Shown: positions 11,511 to 25,610, counted from the stretch's first letter. The stretch is 58,044 nt of DNA from Tubiluchus corallicola (GCA_030141605.1 JAQGDQ010001164.1:1-58044), one strand, 5' to 3'. Numbers and translations: made by a program. Notes: a model not told the origin generated them from the letters alone.

Positions 11511-13175
11511 CTTTGATAGACACAAAAATAAATAGATTCATACATTAATAAAATGCGAACAATAAAATTATGTACATCTATTAAGTACGATTCTTTTGCC
11601 TGTACGTTTTGCATACAATGGACTACAGCAATAGTTAACCATGACGGCAGCTGTGACAGCAGCAGAAAAAATAAATAACAGGGAAAAGACTATGCTAACA
11701 GTGGTGATAATGAGGAGGTGATCAAAATAACAACAACGGTTGACGGCAATCACGATGATGACGGCAATGACATATTATAACCACAGCACGATGGCGACAG
11801 TAAAATTATTAAAAATAGCATGATTGGTTGTGACAGCAAGGGTAGTGATGACGACGTTCGAATGATGATGTCGGAGCATTGATAATGATGGTACGGTAAT
11901 AATGACAATAAAAAACTAAACAAATAATTTCTTGTAACCAATATTGTTATAGAGGGCGTTCCTGTATTTCACGAAAAATCCTTTTCATTAACCAGTGTTA
12001 CATTGTATTTAATAATGACAGTTTTCAGAATGCTTCTGCTATACTACTCATGCCATAGTTACTAATACTAGACTTATAATTTTACGCCAAATTGCATGTA
12101 TATATAGTCATTCTAAACGAGTCTAAATCAACATTTTGTGTTGTGCAGCTACAGCACTATCAACCATAAAGTTGGTACACCTCAACACTGCCGTGATAGT
12201 GGTCTGTACTATAAGCGTCTAATTGCAAAAAAATGAATAACAGTAAGTTACCAGACTTGTGGTAGCCCATAAAGGCACGGAACATTTCTAAACCACACAT
12301 TGTCTGCTATTGTACACTAAACACGGTCGCAACGTACGTGTTAATAAATTCTTTAACACATACAGCACCACGTACATTGAATTCCAGACTGTACATAGAA
12401 AAAGGGTGCGTACGATCGCGCTAGTGTAGACCAGAGTAAGCAACCCGATAAGTTAATGTAGGGTGATGAAACCTTGAGAGGATGTGGTTCGTTTTTTTGC
12501 TTTTGTCCAATTATATTGACCAACTTTGTTTTTGTAAGTGTGCAAGTAAACAGTTTCATTATATAGATTAGACTTTCGTGAGTAAAACAGTTCTTAAAAA
12601 GCACATAGTCTATAATGTTACACATAATTTATCATTTTGTTATGTCTGTGGTCACACACTAACACTGAAGTGCGGTGTTACAAAGATCAGTTTTTGGCAG
12701 AGTCCCATTCTTGAAGTGTTGAATAATATACTTCTAAAAGGTTTTTGACTACATACTAGACGTTTTGGGGTGCACATGGTTAGTCTACACGCTGCAACTC
12801 GCTAACTGGTGATGGTATTAGAGGTTATGGTTTCTTCAGGAGTAAATAAGTTAACTACAACTTTTTGATAATTTCAACTGCTGAATTTGCTTCCTAACTG
12901 TGCGTTAGTCTTTGCCACTTCCAGGCTGTGCAGAAAGCGCCATATATTGACACGACGTGCTTGGGACGCTTGATGGTTTGCAAAACTGAAATCAAAGTCA
13001 ACCATTTTGCAAGCAACGTAATGAACGCTGTGAGCACTGGTCCTAGATTGTGAACCGTAAAGTAGACTAAAAAAAGTTGTTATTGTCCAGAGGATTGTCT
13101 TTCCTGGTTGTTTAATACCTGTGGCCTTACGTTGTGTTTATTTGATTTACTATAAGTTGCATTATGTTTCCGTAC

Positions 13176-16100
13176 ATGACTTCACATTTTATAAGAAATT
13201 TGGTAGGTATCATTCATCAGTGATATTAAACGTCAAAATCTACTAAACCTTAGTCCTTGAAAATCTCGCTTAACCAATAACTTTAACTTAATCTCACGAA
13301 TTTAATTTCGGCCTCTCTTTTTCTTGCGTGTAATCTCACAAAATTAGTATGGGCCACTTTTTATTGTGTCTACACTCATTGTAATACTCATTAATTTTGT
13401 TTAAGTGCATGCTTAAAATAAATGCGGGGATTATCAGTTAGTATTTAGTGTGGAAATTGTGCACTTAATTACTTTTTAATTAATTACTTAATTAAATTAC
13501 TCTTTAATATACACAAATTTGTTTTTTATATTTAATTAGTTCAAGTTTCTGAATATATAATTCTGAATTTAATTCCATCGCGTGTTCGCTTTTGTTCGGA
13601 AATGCTAGCCAATTTTACACAGTGATAATATTCTTCACATGATTTCTATTTGCACTTTTATAGGCCTTGTCAAGACATGCTGCTAATGCCTGTTGCAAAA
13701 GACTGCAGTCTTCAGGGGTAAGTTCTCCAGGTCTTAAAATGTTGCAACGAATATATTACAACTCATGTAATCTCTTACCTTTACTGACTCAGATAGTCAC
13801 AGCAAAGTCTCAGTTCTTCGCTGTTTCAAGCATTTTGCCATTTGCTAGTTAGACTGGCACTAGCACGTGCATTTCGGAAATGCATTGCACATAAAACAAT
13901 TGCTGTACCTCTCAGTTCAGATGTGTTAGTTTGTGACAAACTACACATGTTCAACAGCTGTGTAGTGAGCACAACACATGTGTGAACACAATGACAAATT
14001 TTAAATTTGAATTTTTGTAGTAAAAATGCCCAACAACACACTGAATCTCTTACAGTAGCACTGTACTTCAATTTTTATTTTCACAAACACATGCAGTGCG
14101 CTCGTGGAATATTTCTGCTGTCGCAGTATATCGCAGGAAGGCTTTTGCAGTATTAATTGTGTTAAAATGTATACTTTTTAATGGACTTGAGAATGGGGTA
14201 GTGTACGAAAAATCACCCTGTCTTCCTTTAAAGGAAAACAGGATGAGTTTCATGTCCTTTCACACTTTGAAGTACAGCAAAAAGCATGCATTTTAACACT
14301 TACAATAATGCCAACTTTAGGGTTCGTGACAATCGAGCCCAGTTAGTGATGACATCAAAATTGAACATAATTTTCAACAGCACAAACATTTCACAAGCAT
14401 GTTGCATGTATTTGTGAAAGCAAAAATTGAATTACACTGCTGCTGTGCAACATTCAATGTGATATAATTCATGTGTCTTAAAGTCCACTTTTTCCTATAT
14501 CATTTAATTAGCTTCCTTGTGAATTGTTTTGTATAAATATGTTTTATTTCAGTCTGTCATATTGTAGATCTGTTTTGTAGCGCTATCTGGTGACAGTAAT
14601 TGTCAATTTATGCGCTTTAATTATCGTTATAACAAATTATCGTTATCATTATTATTATATGCATTAAACTCTGCAAATTTTAAGTTTAAAATTTAAATTT
14701 TAAGAGTAGCTCTGTGTTCATGCATGTGCTCTTGACTATATGCTCCACATCACAATTGAACACATCTGTGCTGACCGGTACAGTGTCTGTTTTATGTTGT
14801 GCAACACTTTCCGAAATGCAGGCACTAGTGCCCGTCTAACTAGCGAATGGTGAAATGCATGTAACAGCAAAGAACTAGAGGTGCAAACATGTAATTGTGT
14901 TTGTGTAGTAATATTTCTTTTACGTAAGACATTTTTCAAAAAATGGCGTGTTTCCTTTCAATATTTTAAAGAGTAGGTTGCTTTGACCTACAGTTTAAGA
15001 TTGGGTCTGGTTTTGCTTTAATTAAAGCACAAGAAAACCTCCATTATAAAGCTTAAAAAATTTGTCTCGAAATTTTATACCACTAACATACTACCGTTTT
15101 TGGATATTGAATTACCCAATAGGCTCAAATATTTTAATTTATTGGTCTAGTTACATAAGTCTTTCCAGCAGGTAAGTGAAATGCTAAGTAATATAACTTT
15201 GCACGGAAATTTTTTTTGTGACATAATTTAACATTGCCTTTTCTTCCCCTGATTTCCCCTGCGTCATGTAATGGCACAGACAGAACTGTATTGTAGGAGA
15301 TTTAAAATGGAAACAAACAAAAAATCCTTTTAACGCAACTCTGATATCTGCATAAAATTGCTATAAAGTAATATAATTTTTTAAGGCAATTTTTCTGAAA
15401 CATTCTTCTTGTCCTTTAGTTTGCTTTAACCTATGACACACAAATATGAGAATTGTAATTTGCTTACTCTTCCTGCAAGGTTTTGCTACTTCCTCAATTG
15501 CTTGTTTTTTATCTGTATCTTCTACTTTTTTGATGAACTTTTTACTGTCCCGCAGGTTCCTGAGAAACTTTGGAAACTTGGCAAGTTGAATCACGTTGCG
15601 ATCGCCACGCCTAATTTAGAAAACAGCTGCAAATTCTACAGGGAAGTTTTAGGGGCCGACGTCAGCAAACCAGAGGCGAGTGTTCTTTTAATTGTTTCCT
15701 TTGAAACATGTTTAGCAGGGATAATAACTTCAATAGCTTATTGTAAATCAAAAGAAAATCAATTAAATAATAATTACCTTGGATACGTTAAACTTTCAAA
15801 GCAACGCGCGGCTCAGTGAATCTACTAAGATTGGCAACTGCGCCTTTTTGTCACATGCGCACGGCCGATAAATAGAAGGCGGTGCCGTGATAAGCATGAT
15901 CATGTACTGCAGTGTTAGCTTCTGACGTCATATGATGCGGAGTCCAGTTTCTTACGCATTTAAGCAGTACTGTAAAGCTTGACGTGCAAGGGAAGATGCC
16001 TGCCTTTGCAAAACTGTGGTTACTTTCTGACGTAAGCAATAGCTGTGTTCGGTTGCCGTTAATTAATTTTCTAAGCTAATTATTCAAATGTAAGAAAAAA

Positions 16101-19100
16101 TTGCTAAGTTTTATAGGCAAAAAAATGTACATTTTGGACAGTAAACTAAAATGAGATTGAGTCTTAACACTTCATGTTAAAAATTTCTATTTCGTGTTAG
16201 AATTCGTTTTTTCTGTAGCAGATCTTTAAACAAAGTAAATTGCTGCTTCTGCTGATAAATTCTCGTGTTTTATTAGAAGTTCTAATTTTTACTGATTGAT
16301 TCTTACTACAATAAATTCCATGTGTAGCTCAAATCTTCGCCTAACTCAAAGAGTTTCAGCAGAACGGATGAAATCCTTCGTTTTTTCCGCAAAACGACGT
16401 CGCTTTACTCAAATTTTCTCCTAACTGAAATAAAAAATTATGGCTCACTTAATCAGAATACGTGTAATTTACTTCGCCTAACTCAAAAATGCAATTTATA
16501 CTGAGGAAGAATAAAAAGTTTCGTACAACTCGAAAGCAGTATCGTTTTCTGGGAAAGTTCTGATGCCTTAAAAATCACCCCCCCCCCCCCCAATTCCAAA
16601 TTATGTTCTCCGGGGATTGATGTTTCCGAGAAAGTCTCAGTCGGCTACTATGTAGTAATGCTTGAAAGCGCGGAAGTGGAAGACATGTCTGGTAAAATGC
16701 TGCCCGATCAGTGCTGAAGATAATTGAATACTTGATGGAGAGTGTGTCAATAAGTGAACTATGCGCATAATGAACTGAAGTACATAAGACATTGGTAGCC
16801 CCACTGTCATATTGTTTAACAGTGTTGTGTACGTGTCCTTTTGTAACATAAAAAAATTGTGTTTCACAATATAATTTGTTATTCTTTACGTAATTGTCAT
16901 CAAATCTCGTCGTTTATGTACAGAAGAGTTGAACCTTCTGCCTTCTATTTAGCTCGCCATCTGGAGGAGGGGTTTAGAGTTTCTATGCTGGAAAATGGTC
17001 AACATCGCCTAACTCAAAGTTTTCTGTCCGGTTGGATTTGGTTTATGTGGGCTCCGCGGAGTTCATTGTGTTATATATATATATATGGTTATATATATAT
17101 CGCATTTTTATTAATGCAATGAAAATGCGTAAAAAATGGTATTACATCTAAAAACAACTTTACTTATAAAATGTACTAATCATATCATTGGGAGTGAGAG
17201 CAGCATTTAAATGTTTAATTTGATTTTCAGCCTCAAAAAGAACATGGAGTTTACACGGTTTTTGTGAGGCTTGGAGACACAAAAATTGAGGTAAGTCATC
17301 ATCATTAGTGCTTTCATTGTGCAAAACATAATTTGATTCCACACTGATGCCCAGGGCACTTTATTTATGACTTTAGTCATAAATTGCATAAATAGCTTAT
17401 TTAATACTAATTTCAGATTTTATTTATGACTATTTATGACGTGTCAAATTTTGACCAAAAATGCCATCCTGAGCTAAAAGAAATACATATTTTTAATCAG
17501 AATCTTGTATTTTGCCTTTCTTCGTTCTTCATTACATTAAAATGTAATAAAAATGTCTACTTTCATCATTCCAAGGCCTGAAGTTTCTCGTATTGTTTTG
17601 CATGCAGGCATCCCTCCAGACTGAAATCCGTGATCGTGTTTATAATAATTATAGTATCGGTTTTAATTTGTTTAGGATGACCTATAAAATTACTGCTCAT
17701 AAAAATCAATCTATTAATTAATTCGTACAGTCACAATTCGTAGCCACAATTAGTACAAGTAAATAATGTATTTTTTTAAATATCGATTTAAAATTTAATG
17801 TTGGAAAATACTATTGGCTATTACATCTTTCTAGGGAACCGTCACGTATGTTTTCTAATTAAAATTACATTAAGCAAAATAACTAAACAAGAAAAACAGT
17901 TAAATTTTAATGACAATGAAGCAACAAATTCTCCCAAAGATAAAATATGCTCAAATTCTAGCAGACGGCATTATTCTTATTTCTTGAGGATGAGGCAGTA
18001 AGGCACGGGAAACGCTTGCGGCAAACTCGAGCTAAAACCTACACCCAAGCCATTGACTTACGCCGCTTAGGGGTAAGCATCGAAGTTCGGTTCGATTCGA
18101 ATTCGAAAGTCACAAATTCGGTTCGATTCGAATTCGCTTTCTGGTAGAGAATGCTCACCCCTAACGCCGCTAGGATGAGAAAGGCACTGAAATGAACGTG
18201 CAAAGAAAAGAATTAGAAGTGTAGATTTCTGTTATTGTGCAGAGCGTAGGTTTGAGGCGGCAGAACTTTAGGACATTAAAATAGGTAAGCTGTCTTTAAT
18301 TCAAATTTTCGATGGAACGACAACGATTCTGTCGGTGCCTATTTATTTTTTCGCGGTAACGCGCTCATTTACTTTTTATTATTTAGGTTGCTTCTAGACG
18401 AGTTAATGACAGATAAACGCATCAGTTAGACAGTCTCAGTTACTGTGTTAGTCCACCAAACAGTCACGCGCAAGCTTCTTATGGACTGCCTGTGTGTGTG
18501 GGAGAGAGAGAGAGAGAGAGACGGTGGAAACAGTTTTCTGTACTGAATTTTTTGTTCCATTCATCGGGAAATGATTATTTTTCTTTCGTTATTTATGACA
18601 AATTTGAAATCTTATTTATGACTATTTATGACTATTTTGCAAGAAAAGTCATAAATAAAGTGCCCTGCTGATGCCAAAGTTTCTACAATGTTTAAGTCAA
18701 GTGGAGTATTCAATAAGACTTTCTTCAAAACACCTAAATGCGCGATCAGCTGTCCTCCTCTTGGTTTTTTCCCTGGTGTTTGATGTACTACTGGAGCAAG
18801 CGGAAAACCCTGTGGTCATCTAATGACGTGTCCAGTTCATCTCAGCCGACACTTCTGTCCATTCTGACCTCGCTCCATTCCTTCTTTGTTAAATCATAAT
18901 CGTCTTGATTTGAGATTTTCTTTGGCCATTTTATGCTCAACATCTTTCTGTACAGACTTCTTTGGGAAGCATTTTTTTAGAATGTACCATATATGTCTAG
19001 AGGTAATAGTGGAAATCTTTGATAGCCTTTTCTGTCTAGTCTGCTAAATACTTCTATGGCAGCTCTTGTGATTGACTAGCGACTCGAAATTGTACAAGAA

Positions 19101-21660
19101 TACAGGTGAGGTGAAGATCTGCAAGCGAAGATAAAATACGTAGTTTAGTTTCTTTGGTGAGATTCGGATTTTCGATGATATTTGTAAGCTTAGAATATAC
19201 AGCCAAGGCTAAAAGCTAATGTTTTTCTGTGTGCTAATTCAACTTCACTGCCTAGTAAACTACCAAGGCATTTACAATTCTTTCAAGAAGTATAGCCACC
19301 ATGCTGTAAGGTTCTACATAAAAACATACATTGAGTTGTGGGAAAGGTGGGAAATCTTTTTTCACCAAGAACTACGTGGAACAAGATCTTTACAATTTTT
19401 CCAAGAGGTAGAGCCACCATGCTGTAAGGTTCTACAAAAAAACCTACATTGAGTTGTGTGAAAGGTGGGAAATCTTTTTTCACCAAGAACTACGTGGAAC
19501 AAGATCTTTACAATTTTTCCAAGAGGTTTAGCCACCATGCTGTAAGGTTCTACAAACCTACATTGTGTTGTGGGAAAGGTGGGAAATCTTTTTTCACCAA
19601 GAACTACGTGGAACGTTTGTGAAGTCTCTCATGAACTGTTTTTTAATGAAAACTAACTTCAGTAAATTAATAAATGAAGACAGCAATGCTAACATTGCAG
19701 CTTATTAGCCACACGAGTTTACTTTCGGTTTTTGTAAAAAAAAGGTTACACGCTCATGTAGAAATAAACTGCAGTAACTACAAAACCATGCTTTTGCGAA
19801 AAACGCAATTAAAGAAAGACATGATGATTTTTCATATACTACCCCATTTTCAAGTTCAATAAAAATTATTGATTTTAACACAATTAAATTTGGTTCATGA
19901 TTTGGTTTGGTTAACCTAGTGAAAGGACACTACAAAAAAATCATTCCCATTCATCGAGTTGAACCTGTTGAAAAGTCTATAAAACCTGAAAAACAACTCC
20001 TTAACAATGTAAAAAATGTTATTTTCATAGAAACTTGAGGACAATCTGACCTGTGAACGAGTCTCTTTGTATGAGCCTTTCGCTTGTTGGTGGTAGCCTT
20101 GGGCCCATGAAACTCTTATTCCACCCCTGCCCTTCTAAGCACATGATATCAAAACATGCGAACTTTTCTTCAATTTTTTAACTTTCTTGACAAAATTGCG
20201 ATCTTGCTTTTATTAAATCTTTCTTTATTTTATAGCTGCTGCATCCGATTGACGAGAACAGCCCAATCAAAGGTTTCCTGGAGAAAAACAAAATGGGAGG
20301 AATGCACCATATATGTCTAGAGGTAATAGTGGAAATCTTTGATAACCTTTTCTCTCTAATCGGGTGAAACAGTCTATAGCAACTGTTTGACTGACTAGCG
20401 ACATGAAACCTGGGTAGTAGTTAGTGGTAAATATTCTCTACCAGAAAGTCGCATCGAATCAAATTTGTGAATTTCAAATTTGAATCGAATCGAACTCAAA
20501 TCGAATTTGAATTGAGTTTGAAAGATTTCTGAACAAGTTTTTGAACCGAGAGTAAAAATTAGTCTCACAAAGATCATGCATATTGCTCGATTTTGTTCTG
20601 ACGTAAAACCACTAATAATTTGTTTCAAATTATGCAGACAAATCACAGCTAAGTTATTCTGATCGCATGACGTTTCAATCGTTTTAATGATAAAGAATGG
20701 AGGTGAGTCAGCGAAATTTTGCCATTTCATGAAAACATTTTAAATAATTGAGAATCTTCTTTTCTAGTTACATAAGTCTTTCAAGCAGGGAAGCAAAATG
20801 ATAAGTAACTTAGCTTTGAATGCAAAGTTTTTTGGGACATAGTTTAAGATTTCATTTTCTTCCCCTGATTTACGTTGTGCGTACGTGACGTCATGTAATG
20901 GCACCGTCGGAACAGTATTGCGAGACATTTAAACTGAAAACAAACAAAAATTCCTTTCAACGCAAGTGCGATATACACATAAAATTGCTATAAAGTAATA
21001 TAATTTTTTGAGGCAATTTTTTTGAAACCTACTTTAGGTACCTCTTTTCTTGTCCCTTAATGCGATGTATGCAATCAGGTGTAGAGAAATCAAGTTTAAC
21101 GAAGGATACTAAATTTAGCTTGTCCCCTCGGAACTGAAACACTGATCTCACATCTGCTTGTCCGTATAGCAGTCAAGAAACCAGCCATGACATCTGCTCG
21201 GTTTTTTTTTTGCAAAGTAACTTCATATAGATGTTTACTTCGCTGAACTATAGTTTCTTCTTATAGTAATAAGTTTTTAGTATGTTTTACATTATGATGT
21301 TGCAATAAAGTTACTCCATATTCTAAATTTTTTGCGATTAAACGGATTCTATAGCAACTGTAAATGGCATTCTAAATGAGATATCCAGTCAGTCGAGCAA
21401 AAAATCAATAAGCAAGCATAACACAATGCTTCTCATTCCTGACTATTTTTTACATGTTTTGGTTTATGACCTATTTGGTCAACAATTATCCACTTGTACA
21501 TTTACAGGTCAGTGATATTCAGAAAGCGATGGACGACTGCCGCGCTCACAAAATCCGGTTGCTCAGCGAAGAAGCCAAAATCGGTGCTCACAATAAACCG
21601 GTCGTCTTCCTCCATCCGAAGGACTGCAACGGTGTATTAGTAGAACTTGAACAAGAGTGA
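13176..21660 (+). CDS. MCEE: Methylmalonyl-CoA epimerase, mitochondrial (166 aa, 6 exons)
   Basis: Exons: 13176-13202 (MTSHFIRNL), 13664-13717 (ALSRHAANACCKRLQSSG), 15556-15675 (VPEKLWKLGKLNHVAIATPN...VSKPE), 17231-17290 (PQKEHGVYTVFVRLGDTKIE), 20236-20322 (LLHPIDENSPIKGFLEKNKMGGMHHICLE), 21508-21660 (VSDI...IGAHNKPVVFLHPKDCNGVLVELEQE*). All introns are phase 0. VOC-fold MCEE motifs are recognisable. The first two exons (presequence) are less certain. Confidence 0.93.
13845..15418. mobile_element. Chain of TTAA MITEs: A(-), A(+), B(+) in MCEE intron 2
   Basis: Junctions CCT|TTAA|AGG at 14228-14231 and GCT|TTAATTAA|AGCACAAG at 15018-15025. Confidence 0.75.
15760..16165 (-). mobile_element. 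Family C MITE, partial
   Basis: Reverse complement of about 2850-3285; the spurious ORF MLTSESNHS occurs in both copies. Confidence 0.8.
17352..18667. mobile_element. Non-autonomous hAT element
   Basis: TIR CAGGGCACTTTATTTATGACT; perfect 8-bp TSD CTGATGCC at 17344-17351 and 18668-18675; subterminal TTTATGAC repeats. Confidence 0.9.
18068..18163. mobile_element. 96-bp hAT mini-MITE nested in the hAT element
   Basis: TIR TAGGGGTAAGCAT / ATGCTCACCCCTA; 8-bp TSD ACGCCGCT; internal TTCGA repeats. Related copy at about 20422-20614. Confidence 0.88.
19271..19614. repeat. 118-bp tandem repeat, about 3 copies
   Basis: AGCCACCATGCTGTAAGG recurs at 19294, 19412 and 19530. Confidence 0.9.
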
Positions 21661-21857
21661 TCCGTCTCCTTTTAGTGGAAAAGGGAACTGGTTTTTCGCG
21701 TGCGGCGCGGTTGTTCCGAAACGTGCGAAATACACTGCACATTTTCAGCAATCATCGCCTTCATTTTTTGCATCTGTCCATTTCAGAGAAGAAAACTGCG
21801 CACCTTCTTACCGTAGCGATAACCTTGTGTGCGCTTTTAGGTGCTGAAACTACATTA

Positions 21858-22501
21858 CAGTGTTCCCTCGCTACTTCGCGGTTCGTTTATCGCGGACTCT
21901 CTGTTTTGCGGGTTTTCCAAAATATTAAGGTAAAATATTTATCGAGGTATTTTCGCTGTTTCGCGGGTTTTTTCGGTACTCCATCTAAAGTATTTTTGCA
22001 CATGCGTAGTACGTGTTGTACAGTAACGTATAGATTTGATGAATTTCGCATAAAAAATCACAAAATGTATAAAAATATATTAAAAATATTAATTCTAACA
22101 TTAAAAGAATATTATAAATCATAAAAAATTACCATTTACAGTAAATAGTGTATTTATTCGGCAGATGAATACATACCAAAAACGAAATATAGTACTTGCG
22201 CCCGCTTGAGATGCTACTTGCTGACATGAGATTGTACACAACACACGATTAGTATTCCAGTCACTGTGCAATGAACATTTTTATGAACATTTAAGTAAAG
22301 TTTTTTAAAAGGTACATGTACAGTATTCGAAAAGTTATTAAGGGAATGGGAAAGAGTTATGTGTAAGAGTGTGGGGAGGGTTTATAAAAACTTAAAATAA
22401 TGTATAACTACTAAAATAAGTATAGCGTCCCTACTCTGCGGAAATTCACTTATCGCGGGTGGGCCTGGAATGGAACATCCGTGATAAGTGAGGGAACACT
22501 G
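21858..22501 (+). mobile_element. Tigger/pogo-type MITE (family E)
   Basis: TA|CAGTGTTCCCTC...GAGGGAACACTG|TA; further copies at 43559-44048 and 47487-48128. Confidence 0.85.
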
Positions 22502-23535
22502 TATCTACATTTAAGTACAAATATGTTTCGTTCGATCAGCCGTCTTGGTTTGTGGAAATGATACATTGAAGAATTCCACGAAGTTATTAAAAATCTGAAA
22601 ATCTTTTTATTAAATAAGAAAACTAAAACATCAAAACAATTGTTAGTTGCAGTAGCTTCCTGAATAGGCTTGAGCATTTTTCTTTCAAAAGTCCAACGGA
22701 TGCGGATTTAAATTCTCGCTTTTCTTTTCAGTACATTCAAGTAATTAAAAATTCACGATTCAGTAATAGCAATGAAGATATAATCTTCAGTTTGTAAGTT
22801 TTGCAGCAATTCATGTCAACTTCTTTGTTTAACATCCATTTACAGAGCTGAAACATTGTTTATATACAAACAGGCTTTTTTGCTTTTTTTACTAAACTAC
22901 TGTTATCTATTAAACTATTGCTTTTCAATTACCAAGAAGAATCTGCAAAAACTGAATATGTCATATTATTGTAACGTTATCGCATTTGCCATGTTGGTGT
23001 ATAAAACAATTATAATGATTAGAGAAAAAATTCAGGCCTGTACTGGAATTGAACACGGGGTCCTTTTGCATTCAATGACCTGGTAATGGCTGGAAGTCTC
23101 ATTGTTGTTAAATCCGGTAAACCCCAAGTAGCAACTTCTTTCACAAATCTTTCCACTGTATCATGTTCATTCAAATTTTCAACATTACAGAGTAAGTAGT
23201 TTTCAGTAAAGACTAAGGTGTGCTGCTGTAACAAGTATTTTCTACTTTAAATCTCACATTTAATTTGTCAAGTGTCGCTAGTCATTAATTATCTGAGAAA
23301 GGATTGTTCATTAGTATTTTTGATAAATTTGTTAGTAGATGTTGTAATTCTTGTATCTTGTTACATGAGTGTTAAATCTGTTGTTAATAAATTACTGTTT
23401 GATTTGTTAATTAGAAATTAATTGCTGTTTGATTTGTTAATTAGAAATTAATTACTGTTTGCTGTACTAAATTAAATACTAAGATTATACTTTCTTTGTT
23501 TGCTATTAAAAAACGTTCTCAAAGTTCATTCTTAA

Positions 23536-24296
23536 CCCTTAGCCTTCCAAGGAGTTTTTATATTACAATAAAGACCTAGTAGGGTAAAAAAGTTTTGCTT
23601 AGTATGTGTTACTAACTGGACAGAATAACCAATTGGCAATTGAGGTGCTCCTGTTAGTACAAAACCAAGTTCTGTGGCATGTTGGCATAGATATATGAGA
23701 GCACGAAAGATAAAAACAAGCTTACCACTATTGCACTATATTGTTTATGCTACATTATTTATGCTTGTTTTATCAAGTCTTGTGGAAATTTTTATAATAG
23801 CCTAATGATGTTCACTGTTAAAGTCTAAGGCATCAACTTCGTCTTCACTTACTGGATCTTCTAGAATTTCATCTTCGTCAGCTTCAAGCTTAGTCACCTG
23901 TAAAGTTCCCTCCATTATACTAAGTGAAGAAATGTACACAAACTTTAATATGAAATTTCCTCAACAGATTGTTGGAAAAATCTCTTTGAAGGAGTGTAGG
24001 CCAAATTGGAGGTTTGCAGCAATTCTAGGTTTTAAAACACATGGTGCTGCCAGAAAGAAAAATATTGCAAAGTAAATTCTATAATTTTGCCTACATAAAA
24101 GACCAAGAGGAGTAATAAGTTACCCCACATCAGGTAGTAGCTGGCACCCGTGCTCTGTAAAACAGCATGAATAATACTTTTCAACAAAACCAAGATATAG
24201 TTGCATAACAAATAGACGAACATTAAATCACTACTAGTTTGAAAATTTTTCACTGCTGGGGGTAATTTTTTACCCCACGTTGGTTGGTTAATAGGG
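23536..24296. mobile_element. Possible piggyBac-type non-autonomous element
   Basis: TTAA|CCCT...AGGG|TTAA; TIR identity beyond 4 bp is weak. The right TTAA is shared with an AGGAAAG-starting element related to the one at 57067. Confidence 0.45.
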
Positions 24297-25379
24297 TTAA
24301 AGGAAAGGCCAGAGGAAAAATGTTAAACAGATTTAGTAATAAAAGTGTGATGAGTGCCTTGTGTAATTAGTAAAACCACTTTAAAGTCAGTATGTCATTT
24401 CAAGCTTAGTTGCTCCCATTTTGAAAGTCCACCCATTTTTCCACCAATGACGTCATTCAGTTTTCCACCAATGATGTCGTTCAGTTTTCCACCAATGACG
24501 TCATTCATCGGCTGAAGAAAAGCAAAGTTGGGTCGATTTCCGTCAAAAGTTTAAAAAGCTTTTCCAAGAAATAGACAAGTAATTTTTTGATGTTTTTCTA
24601 TGAACATGTACGCTGCACAACCTTGAATTAGCTTTAGCAGTGCACTCTTACAAAAAGTCACGAACCACAACAGTTACCTCATAATTTTCAAGTGATAATA
24701 TAAATCAGTTTTATGCTTTGCAAAAGTTTTATTAATTTTTCTGTTATATTTTTCTAAGTTTAGCGATAACAGTAAAATAAAGCCAGCATACTGAGTGCCT
24801 TGTCTTTTCCTTTAGCACACCACAAACAGTTTATGTGATAACTGTAAAATAACACCAGCATGGTAAGAGACGGGTTCTTTCCTTTGAATCATCAAAAAGC
24901 TGGCAAGCGGCCAGAAATTAGAAGCAATTATATTTGAATATTTCAGCCAGCCTTTTGAATGCAGTTATATCTGTTTCCTATTATTTTCGTTGCCAGATGG
25001 CAGCACCGTGCAGCATCTACTCTATAGCTTACAGAGCTCATGATATGGTACAGGCTTTATGTTAAAAATGACCACTGACCACTAGTCGTGCAGAAAGCTG
25101 TATTTGAGGTTATTCAAGAAATGGTCAAGTCTTCTAAATTATACGTTTTTAAATTATGATTTACTTAGCAGTGTTAAAAACGTATACAAAACAAGAAACA
25201 AGACATACATACAATTTCAATTACATTAACATTACAAACAAACAAATACTGATAAAAAATATACGCTAAGTCGTTCCTATTAGTTATTTTAATTATTTAA
25301 TTGAAAAGTTTAGTGATTAGTGTTTAAAACAGACTGTCATCAGGCTACATTTTCAATGATATGATCATTACGTAATAAT

Positions 25380-25610
25380 TGTTCATCGCGTCTTAAAAAC
25401 GCTTTTTCAACATAATTAATAAATGCCTTAATTACTTCTAAATCATTACTTCCAATCAACAATAAAAATTTATCAGCATTTCTCATAAGGATGATTTCCG
25501 GTATAATTACATTGACGTGATTAAATAATTTTTCTCTAAGATCATTGCAATGTGGGAATTTTATAACAAAGTGTAATTCGATTTCATTTCTTAAACAATT
25601 CAGAAACCAG
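25380..25610 (-). mobile_element. Degenerate non-LTR retrotransposon 3' end
   Basis: Minus strand encodes NEIELHFVIKFPHCNDLREKLFN, resembling the C-terminal ExHFxxxCPxYxxxR motif of non-LTR ORF2 proteins. Confidence 0.45.

Noticed and set aside
22510-23300. Possible LINE endonuclease remnant (HELLQNLQTEDYIFIAITES on the minus strand); a similar hint at about 36420-37050
   Set aside because: Too degenerate to delimit or classify without alignment.
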